In this document: positions 51,086-59,143 of the stretch, piece after piece
Layout: the number at the start of each line of letters is the position of its first letter
Position numbering within the stretch: position 1 is the stretch's first letter
Origin: an uncultured Burkholderiales bacterium
GTDB lineage: Bacteria; Pseudomonadota; Gammaproteobacteria; Burkholderiales; Eutrophovitaceae
Direction of reading: 5' to 3'
NCBI GenBank assembly: GCA_963925895.1
Contig: CAWUVH010000005.1
Location: 10,035 to 74,034 of the forward strand
DNA: 64,000 nucleotides
Notes under the pieces: generated by a model
What the model was told of the DNA's origin: nothing
Database searches by the model: none
What the model saw: the letters and a program-made list of their open reading frames with translations, nothing else
Position numbers and translations under genes: made by a program

Positions 51086-52060
51086 ATGCAAAATACTGAC
51101 GAGTGGGCATTCCCTCAATCTTTAAGGCCTAATGCCGAAAACCTTAAATTCAACCTCACCAGATCGGTTAACTCTGTTGTAAAGGTTCGTACGTTGATAT
51201 CGGCCGACGCGTTCACCGCTGGCATTCTTGGGACGGAACGTATCGGCAGCGGCGTCTTGATTAACGAAAACGGTTTGATTCTTACGATAGGATACCTTGT
51301 CACTGAAGCCGAATCAGTCTGGGTAACAACGAACCTTAACCAAAGTCTCCCGGGACATGTTGTAGCTTATGACCAAACGACTGGACTTGGTTTAATTCAA
51401 GCTTTTGGAACACTACAGATTGAGCCATCTGACCTCGAGAAAAGTAATCTAATAAACCCCTCCGATGATGCTTACTTTGTAAGCTACGGAGGACTTGACC
51501 ATGCTCTTCATTCAAAAATTATACGTGTTGACGAATTCGCCGGATATTGGGAATATGTTTTGGATCAAGCAATCTACACCTCACCTCCCCATCCTCAATG
51601 GGGAGGTGCTGCTATATTCAATGGACGAGGTCACGTCATAGGAATCGGCTCACTGTTTCTTCATGAAGTTTTTGAAGGGCAAAGCCAACAAGGCAATCTC
51701 GCTATACCTACCCATCTTTTGGAACCAGCCCTAAACGACCTATTAGAATTCGGGCGACCATTAACCCCCGCCAGACCTTGGATCGGCATGTACACTACAG
51801 AAACGGGTGGCGAACTAATTGTGAGTAGTCTGGCTCGTTACGGTCCCGCAGAACTCGCTGGCATCTTGCAAGGAGACCAAATCATGTCGATTGGCGAAGA
51901 GAAGACGTCAACACTTGCTCATTTCTTTAGGTCTGTTTGGAATCTTGGATCCGCAGGTGTTTCAGTGCCACTGCAAATAAACCGAGAAGGAAATGAATTA
52001 AAGTTTGTAATTAATTCAGCAGACAGAAATGATTTTCTTCTTAAACCTAAAACTCATTAA
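51086..52060 (+). CDS. Trypsin-like (S1C/HtrA fold) + PDZ protein lacking the catalytic triad
   Basis: GSGVLI, LTIGYLV (His->Tyr), YDQTTGLGLI (Asp->Gly), HPQWGGAA (no GNSGG); PDZ RPWIG...GPAELAGILQGD; no signal peptide. Confidence 0.8.
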   Translation: MQNTDEWAFPQSLRPNAENLKFNLTRSVNSVVKVRTLISADAFTAGILGTERIGSGVLINENGLILTIGYLVTEAESVWVTTNLNQSLPGHVVAYDQTTGLGLIQAFGTLQIEPSDLEKSNLINPSDDAYFVSYGGLDHALHSKIIRVDEFAGYWEYVLDQAIYTSPPHPQWGGAAIFNGRGHVIGIGSLFLHEVFEGQSQQGNLAIPTHLLEPALNDLLEFGRPLTPARPWIGMYTTETGGELIVSSLARYGPAELAGILQGDQIMSIGEEKTSTLAHFFRSVWNLGSAGVSVPLQINREGNELKFVINSADRNDFLLKPKTH

Positions 52061-52085
52061 AAAAACCCCTTGGGAAGACACCTAA

Positions 52086-53774
52086 ATGAATGACCTGTTA
52101 ATCAAAAATGGAATGATTATCGATGGATCGGGGCGAGATCGATTCACAGGAGATATCTCAATTAAAGATGGGTTCATAACTGGCGTCGGAAATAACCTGG
52201 GTACAGCGACCCGAATTGTCGATGCGGAAGGCCTCTTAGTAACCCCGGGGTTTGTTGATGTCCACACGCACTATGATGGGCAAGTCACCTGGGATCCCTA
52301 TTTAACTCCTTCGACGTTTCACGGAGTCACTACAGCCGTATTTGGGAATTGTGGCGTTGGGTTCGCTCCAGTTAGAAAAAACGATGTGCCATACCTCATC
52401 AATCTGATGGAAGGAGTAGAAGACATACCGGGATCCGTTTTGTCAGAAGGTGTGGATTTTAATTGGGAATCCTTTCCGCAATACCTCGATGTTCTCGACT
52501 CATCCCCCAAAGCTATCGATATCGGCGCTCAAGTTCCACACGGTCCTCTGCGGTTTTATGTGATGGGCGAGAGGGGGGGGGATCACAATGCAATTCCTAC
52601 TGATAAAGAAGTAGAATCTATGGGCTTGCTGCTCGAGGAATCGTTAACCGCAGGAGCTATGGGGTTTACTACATCCAGAACAACGAAACACTTGAGTCGT
52701 GACGGAAAAAATACGCCGAGCCTGTCAGCAAAACATGCTGAACTTCGTGGATTAGCCCAAGCCATGAAGCGGGCTGGAAAAGGGATTATTGAGGTTAATT
52801 CGGATTTTGGTCCAGGTGAATTTGAAATCATGCGCATGGTCAGCGAAGTGTCGGGGCGACCCTTGTCCATCTTACTTTTACAGACGAATAATTCTCCCGA
52901 CCTTTGGCGACAAACTCGAGATCAAATCCATGAGGCCCGAGCGCAAGGCCTGACGGTTAACGGTCAAGTAGGATGCCGGCCCATCGTCATCATTATGGGG
53001 CTCGAAACCACAATCAATCCATTTTCAACGCATCCAAAGTGGATCCAATTGTCATTGCTTACACGTGAAGAACGCCTGTCAAGAATCAAGCATGACCAGC
53101 AGCTGCGTCACGATTTAGTCCACCAATTACCTGACGACGAACATACAAGACGAATTAAAGAATGGTTACCAAAGACGTTCTTAATGAATAAGGGGTTTGA
53201 TTACGAGCCCTCACCAGAAGATGGTATCTGCGAAATTGCACGAAAGAAAGGAGTAAGTCCTTTCGAAGTAGCCCTAGAAGGAATGCTTCAAAATGAAGGC
53301 AAAGGGCTCCTGGCACACACTTTTGAGAACTATTTTGATGGGGATCTTGAAGTCATAAGAGAAATGTTGCTGGACGAAGGCACCATCATTGGTCTTGGCG
53401 ATGGAGGAGCACACGTGTGTACTGTATGCGATGAAGGTGCACCAACATATTTGCTGTCGCACTGGGGTCGTGATAGAAAAAGAGGACCAACCATTCCTTT
53501 AGAATTTTTAGTACAGAAACATACATCCATTAGCGCACGTGGTTATGGCTTTCTCGATCGAGGGTTGATTCAAGTTGGATACAAAGCAGATCTTAATGTT
53601 ATTGACTATGAGCAACTGTCATTATTAGATGCTGAGATTGTTTATGATTTGCCGGCTGGTGGGAAACGCTTAATTCAAAGAGCGCGAGGTTACCGTCACA
53701 CATTCGTGTCAGGAGTAGAAATTATTCACCTAGACGAACAAACCGGAAATCTGCCAGGGCGTCTTCTAAGATAA
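52086..53774 (+). CDS. N-acyl-D-amino acid deacylase family amidohydrolase
   Basis: IIDGSG, PGFVDVHTHYD, GNCG, DGGAH, RGLI..G.KAD. Confidence 0.88.
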   Translation: MNDLLIKNGMIIDGSGRDRFTGDISIKDGFITGVGNNLGTATRIVDAEGLLVTPGFVDVHTHYDGQVTWDPYLTPSTFHGVTTAVFGNCGVGFAPVRKNDVPYLINLMEGVEDIPGSVLSEGVDFNWESFPQYLDVLDSSPKAIDIGAQVPHGPLRFYVMGERGGDHNAIPTDKEVESMGLLLEESLTAGAMGFTTSRTTKHLSRDGKNTPSLSAKHAELRGLAQAMKRAGKGIIEVNSDFGPGEFEIMRMVSEVSGRPLSILLLQTNNSPDLWRQTRDQIHEARAQGLTVNGQVGCRPIVIIMGLETTINPFSTHPKWIQLSLLTREERLSRIKHDQQLRHDLVHQLPDDEHTRRIKEWLPKTFLMNKGFDYEPSPEDGICEIARKKGVSPFEVALEGMLQNEGKGLLAHTFENYFDGDLEVIREMLLDEGTIIGLGDGGAHVCTVCDEGAPTYLLSHWGRDRKRGPTIPLEFLVQKHTSISARGYGFLDRGLIQVGYKADLNVIDYEQLSLLDAEIVYDLPAGGKRLIQRARGYRHTFVSGVEIIHLDEQTGNLPGRLLR

Positions 53775-53790
53775 ACACGAGGGGATCAAT

Positions 53791-54561
53791 ATGAACTTAA
53801 AGGATGCTGTCATTATTGTTACTGGAGGGGGCACAGGAGTTGGTGCAGCCTGCGCACGAGTTTTGGCTAAACGTGGCGCCCGAGTCGTCATTAACTACAA
53901 AAAAAGCCAAGCAGGCGCACTTGAAGCAGCGAAACAATGCAAACAATTAGGAGGCGATGCAATTACGACGCAAGGTAATGTTGTCCTAGATGATGATTGC
54001 AAAAAAATAGCATCTGAGGCCATGGAGCGATGGGGAAGGATTGATGGACTTGTTAATAATGCAGGCATCACAAAATTCGCCGCACCGCGAGATCTAGCGG
54101 CTCTAAGCTCCGAAGACTTCATCGATTTATACTCGACCAACGTAGTAGGTTCCTACCAAATGATTCGGGCGTGCGCCGAGCATCTAAAAACGTCACGTGG
54201 ATCAGTCGTGAATATCTCCTCTATTGCTGGAGTCAAAGCAATTGGATCTTCTACCGCATACATCGCGTCTAAGGCGGCATTGAATGCGATGACAGTAGCA
54301 CTTGCCCGCGCGCTGGCTCCGGAGATTCGCATCAATGCAGTCTGTCCCGGACTTGTGGATACCGAGTGGCACTCAAAGCGTTTCTCAGAAAACGAATATA
54401 AATCATTTCTAGAAAACTATGAAAATACAGTACCGTTGAGATCAGCAGCAACACCTGAGGATATTGCCGAGTGCGTTATTTGGTTGCTCTCATCAGCTAG
54501 ACTGGTCACAGGAGAAACCATTCTCGTAGATGCTGGGCTACACTTAGGAAAACCCATGTAA
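53791..54561 (+). CDS. Classical SDR oxidoreductase
   Basis: TGGGTGVG, NNAG, YIASK. Confidence 0.88.
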   Translation: MNLKDAVIIVTGGGTGVGAACARVLAKRGARVVINYKKSQAGALEAAKQCKQLGGDAITTQGNVVLDDDCKKIASEAMERWGRIDGLVNNAGITKFAAPRDLAALSSEDFIDLYSTNVVGSYQMIRACAEHLKTSRGSVVNISSIAGVKAIGSSTAYIASKAALNAMTVALARALAPEIRINAVCPGLVDTEWHSKRFSENEYKSFLENYENTVPLRSAATPEDIAECVIWLLSSARLVTGETILVDAGLHLGKPM

Positions 54562-54610
54562 CAACTACAACTTAGATTGTAGAAAACCCTTCAAAATTAG
54601 CGGAGCCTGT

Positions 54611-55510
54611 ATGACAGAGGACCAAACTCTAGGATTCATTGGCTTAGGCAAGATGGGGCGGCCCATGTTGCAACGATTAATAGATTCTGGTCGAAAGGTC
54701 GTTATTTACGACACCAACTGCGACGCATTAGACGCTGCAGTCGCACTTGGCGGAATCCGTGCTGAATCTGTCCTCGATGTGGCCCACCGAGCGCAGATCA
54801 TTATGCTAAGCCTCCCAAGCCCGGATATTGTTAAGGCAGTAGTCACCTCAGAAAAAGGTTTGATTAATGGTGACCGAGTCAAAACGATTATCGACTTTTC
54901 AACCATTGGAACGAGAGCCGCAAAGTTCATTGATGACCTAGCCAAAAAACAAAAAATTGCTTACATCGACTGTCCGATTAGCGGCGGCGTAAAAGGTGCG
55001 CATCAAGGGACACTATCAGTAATGGTTGCGTGCCCGAAGGAGTTATTCGAAGCACATAAAAATCTATTAAACATTTTTGGAAAACCGTATCACGTCGGAG
55101 AGCATCCGGGCCAAGCACAATCCATGAAACTTGCCAACAATCTTCTGTCATGTGCGGCAGTTGCGATCACGTCGGAAGCCATGGTGATGGGAACTAAAGC
55201 GGGGCTAGATCCCGAGCAAATGCTTGAGATCATTAATGCTAGTACTGGTAAAAACACCGCGACTGAACATAAGTTTCCGAAGTCAGTCCTTACCGGAACA
55301 TTCGACTTCGGCTTTTCAACAGGCCTCTCATATAAAGACGTAAACCTGTGTATTGATGAGGCAGAAGCCATGGGCATTCCGATGTTTTTAGGTTCAACTG
55401 TTCGACAAATGTTGGCCGCGACTAAAGCTGAGTATGGCGAGGATTCGGATTTCACTTCCCTTTGCCGTTTAGTTGAGAATTGGGCACAAGTGGAAGTACG
55501 AAAAAAATAA
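54611..55510 (+). CDS. Beta-hydroxyacid dehydrogenase (3-hydroxyisobutyrate dehydrogenase family)
   Basis: GFIGLGKMG, DCPISGG, MKLANN, KD. Confidence 0.88.
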   Translation: MTEDQTLGFIGLGKMGRPMLQRLIDSGRKVVIYDTNCDALDAAVALGGIRAESVLDVAHRAQIIMLSLPSPDIVKAVVTSEKGLINGDRVKTIIDFSTIGTRAAKFIDDLAKKQKIAYIDCPISGGVKGAHQGTLSVMVACPKELFEAHKNLLNIFGKPYHVGEHPGQAQSMKLANNLLSCAAVAITSEAMVMGTKAGLDPEQMLEIINASTGKNTATEHKFPKSVLTGTFDFGFSTGLSYKDVNLCIDEAEAMGIPMFLGSTVRQMLAATKAEYGEDSDFTSLCRLVENWAQVEVRKK

Positions 55511-55526
55511 TCACTAGGAGAAAATA

Positions 55527-55907
55527 ATGAATGATGACTTATACCAAAAAGGCCTAAAAATCAGAAAAGATGTTTTAGGGTCGGAATACGTGGAAAAATC
55601 ACTTGCGAATTCAAACGAATTCAACGAGCCCATGCAAAGGCTCGTTAGTGAATACTGTTGGGGAGCTGTTTGGGGCAGAGAAGAACTACCCAAGAAAACC
55701 AGAAGCATGCTGAATATCGCGATGTTAGCCTTACTCAATCGCCCCAACGAGTTTAAGTTGCATATTCGCGGCGCACTTAGGAATGGAGTGACAAAAGAGG
55801 AGATTAGAGAAATTTTATTGCAAGTGGCTATTTATGGTGGCGTTCCTGCAGCTATTGATTCATTTAAAAATGCTAAAGAAATAATTGACGCTGAAACCAC
55901 CCCCTAA
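55527..55907 (+). CDS. Carboxymuconolactone decarboxylase (PcaC/CMD) family
   Basis: GLKIRKDVLG, CWGAVWGR, HIRGALRNG, IYGGVPA. Confidence 0.88.
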   Translation: MNDDLYQKGLKIRKDVLGSEYVEKSLANSNEFNEPMQRLVSEYCWGAVWGREELPKKTRSMLNIAMLALLNRPNEFKLHIRGALRNGVTKEEIREILLQVAIYGGVPAAIDSFKNAKEIIDAETTP

Positions 55908-58900
55908 AACTCAAGCAAGTCACCATTACTCAAAACTACCCCAATACGAATCGGCTTCGTATTTTTAATCCGTAACAAATCATCACGATACTGAGTTAAC
56001 TGCTTTTTATATTGACGTCGAGTATCGGGATTTTGGGTCAAGCTGGAATCTGATGAAATTTTATAATCAAGAATCCAAATTTCGTTTTCAAACTCAATAA
56101 GACGGTCAATCCGCTTGATGTCACCGTCATCATTCACGTAAGCAACCTCATTTTGAGCTTTAAGGTAATTCCCCGGAATAAAGAAACGCTTTAATTTGGG
56201 AGTGTTTACGATACGAAAACTAACATCCCACGCGGCGTCAAAGTCAGACAACGCACCTGCGCAAATCTGCTGGGCGGACTCCTTACTGATCATGTCAGTG
56301 TCCACAGTTATTGTTTCCAGGATTTTATGTACCAACGTCCCGAATTCAATATCTGAATTGGTATAACGTTCTTGTCTAGTTCCTACTGAGACCTGCTCAA
56401 CATCATTTTCAATACGTTTTTTAGAACTACTATCACTGTTTATTCTCTCTTTAAGTTTTACGGCTTCTGACAAGATGTCAAGACCCTTATTCTGTTCGCA
56501 CAGTTGTATTGCATCTCGTAATAAGGAGTACCATGAACTTGATTTTTTTTTCTGTTGTGCTACGCCAGACACAAAAAACGCCTGCCTCGCACGCGTCACG
56601 GCAACATACAATAGATTAGTATCTTCCACTTTATTAAGTGCTTCGTGACACGCAAACAAATTAGATCGCGCATTTCCTCGCTGCTCTTTTTTACCATAGA
56701 TTGAAAAATGGTTCGGCTCTCTTTCCCCGGGTATCCAATCAACCAGGACATCCCAATTATCAGCCCCTACTCCGGCATCGGCATCAGCCAAAAAAACAAC
56801 GGGTGCCTCTAGCCCCTTCGCACCATGAATAGTCATAATGCGCACAGCATTCAGGGACACCGACTGCGGACCCTCTCCGGGCCCCGCTCCCTCTTCTGCT
56901 CCCAATAAGCGAATTTGCTCAAGGAAACGTTCTAAACTGGGGTATCGTCCAGCAGAAAAATCGAGCGAGTACTCCAAAAATGTAAGCAGGTTTGATCGTA
57001 TACGCTCAGCCAAGTCCGGTAACGCATGGCCCGCATATCGATTGATCAGATCGGATTCGTCGTAGATCATGTCTAGCAAATCGTGAACTGGTAACGTGTC
57101 AGCATACTTAATCCAACCAGACAAACATCTCACTGCCGCATCGAATTCAATTAAGGGTTTCGGTTGATCGTGGCTTTGACCATCAACCAACATACTCCAA
57201 ATAGATTGGTCACCTCGGTTAACAAAAATTTTTAGCGCAGCATCGTCAAACGAAAAAATCGGCGACTTAAGGACATGAATAAAATAATGATCAACATGAG
57301 GCGTCAGCAGAAATTGCAACAGTGAAATGACATCTCGAATCTCCAGCGATTCCAAGAGTGACCCATTCCTTTGACTGAAAAATGGAATGCCTAATATTCT
57401 GAATGCGTCCTCATAGCTCTTTAAATGCGTCCGGCGCCTAAGAAGAATCATAATGTCTGAAAACGTAATGGCGCGACGCTCACCTTCGTCATCGATAGCT
57501 TTGTCCAAGACTAGTGAGCGAATCTTTTCCCCAATCATCAGACCCTCTTGAAGGTGTCGGTCATCCATTGACTCTAGCCTAGACGACAGCAAGGGGTTTC
57601 TCCAGCGCGATACATCGCAAGCGTCATCCCGATCAGCTGCTTCAACCAATGGCAATGCTGCTAACTCTGAGGGTAGACTCGTATGCACAGACTGCTGAAT
57701 CACAAAGTTGGCGATTCTATTTTCAAAGCACACATTGACCAATTCTGTAACTCCAGGGGCGTTTCGATAACTCTGATTTTGAATAACTTTACGCCCACCC
57801 AGCTCAGAGACGATTAATTTCTCTGCCACCCCAAAAAGCCTTGGCTCGGCCCTTCTGAAACGATAAATCGATTGCTTTGGGTCACCCACAAAAAATAACT
57901 TCATATTCGTGTCTGCTTGATTCGAAGCATCAATCCAAGATTTAAGAATGGTCCACTGAATTGGATTCGTATCTTGAAACTCATCAACCAACAAGTGCGT
58001 GTAGCGAGCATCCAAACGATGTAGGATAAAATCTGCTTGATCATCATCTAATAATAATGATCTGACATTCCATTCTAAATCGGCAAAATCTAGAATTTTA
58101 GAGGTACTCTTAAAGGACTGAAATGTTTTAAGCAGGCGATCTCCGACGATTTTCACAGCAAGATCCAACTGAACAGCAAACCAATCTGTTCGAACTGTAC
58201 AAAGCCGATCCACAAGCACTTTTAATTCTGAACTAATACGAACGTAACCCTCCGCATCAGCAACCCCCATCCTCCTTATCATTGCTTGTGTAAGAGGCCT
58301 ATCTCTAGATAATGTTTGCAAACACGAAAACCAAATCTCAGGGTAATCCGTTGCATCAGCTGCTTCAAACGCGGCGAGCTGCGACATCTCACCGGGTAGT
58401 TCGTTTTTTTTAAGTAGTCTCTTAAATTCGAACAAATTAGTGAGTAATGCTTGATCGCACAGAAAGTCATCTAAAGGATCTTGGTCTTGATTACGACGCC
58501 AAGCTAGGACGGATTCTTGGATTTCACGACTTTCTATACTAGCCCACCAATCCAACCGACTCGACACGAATCGTTCAAGTATCTCGTGTGTATTCTGAAT
58601 TTCATATGTCCCGTAAAGATAATCAAGAGCATCACTGACATCTCGGCTAGAGGAAATATTTTTAAAAAATAATTCCCAGGCATCTCGGATAATCGAACCG
58701 TCGCTATTCGATAATTCCCCACCGCGACCCGATTGAGCTGACCAAGGAGCCAACTGTATAATTTGCAAAAACCACCCATGAAATGTGTTCACATTCACGC
58801 CGGAAGGGGTAGATAAATACTCTCGATACAGCTCTCTGGCGCGTGGAATGCATGCATCTACGTCACTAAGGCTAACGCCTCGCCCTATTAAGAATTCTCT

Positions 58901-59143
58901 AACTTGTGCATCATCAGAGATAGTCAGCGCTCTCAACCAATCAGTTAAACGCGACCTCATCTCTCGAGCCGCTTTACGAGTAAAAGTGATCGCTAATATT
59001 TCCGAAGGCTTGGTTCCCGACAATAGCAATCTGATAATCCTAGAAGTGAGTAACCACGTCTTACCAGATCCTGCGCACGCTTCGATAATCACATCGTTAC
59101 GCGGATCAAGTGCAAACTCTTTGTAGTTGTGTCTGGAAATCAC
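55904..59143 (-). CDS. addA: AddA-type UvrD helicase-nuclease
   Basis: ACAGSGKT, ITFT, VDEFQDT, VGDPKQSIY, TIHGAKGLE, YVAVTRA, C-terminal RIDRL...DYK nuclease. Start likely GTG 59143 (GTGA overlap with the addB stop). Confidence 0.9.
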   Translation of the reverse strand: MISRHNYKEFALDPRNDVIIEACAGSGKTWLLTSRIIRLLLSGTKPSEILAITFTRKAAREMRSRLTDWLRALTISDDAQVREFLIGRGVSLSDVDACIPRARELYREYLSTPSGVNVNTFHGWFLQIIQLAPWSAQSGRGGELSNSDGSIIRDAWELFFKNISSSRDVSDALDYLYGTYEIQNTHEILERFVSSRLDWWASIESREIQESVLAWRRNQDQDPLDDFLCDQALLTNLFEFKRLLKKNELPGEMSQLAAFEAADATDYPEIWFSCLQTLSRDRPLTQAMIRRMGVADAEGYVRISSELKVLVDRLCTVRTDWFAVQLDLAVKIVGDRLLKTFQSFKSTSKILDFADLEWNVRSLLLDDDQADFILHRLDARYTHLLVDEFQDTNPIQWTILKSWIDASNQADTNMKLFFVGDPKQSIYRFRRAEPRLFGVAEKLIVSELGGRKVIQNQSYRNAPGVTELVNVCFENRIANFVIQQSVHTSLPSELAALPLVEAADRDDACDVSRWRNPLLSSRLESMDDRHLQEGLMIGEKIRSLVLDKAIDDEGERRAITFSDIMILLRRRTHLKSYEDAFRILGIPFFSQRNGSLLESLEIRDVISLLQFLLTPHVDHYFIHVLKSPIFSFDDAALKIFVNRGDQSIWSMLVDGQSHDQPKPLIEFDAAVRCLSGWIKYADTLPVHDLLDMIYDESDLINRYAGHALPDLAERIRSNLLTFLEYSLDFSAGRYPSLERFLEQIRLLGAEEGAGPGEGPQSVSLNAVRIMTIHGAKGLEAPVVFLADADAGVGADNWDVLVDWIPGEREPNHFSIYGKKEQRGNARSNLFACHEALNKVEDTNLLYVAVTRARQAFFVSGVAQQKKKSSSWYSLLRDAIQLCEQNKGLDILSEAVKLKERINSDSSSKKRIENDVEQVSVGTRQERYTNSDIEFGTLVHKILETITVDTDMISKESAQQICAGALSDFDAAWDVSFRIVNTPKLKRFFIPGNYLKAQNEVAYVNDDGDIKRIDRLIEFENEIWILDYKISSDSSLTQNPDTRRQYKKQLTQYRDDLLRIKNTKPIRIGVVLSNGDLLEF

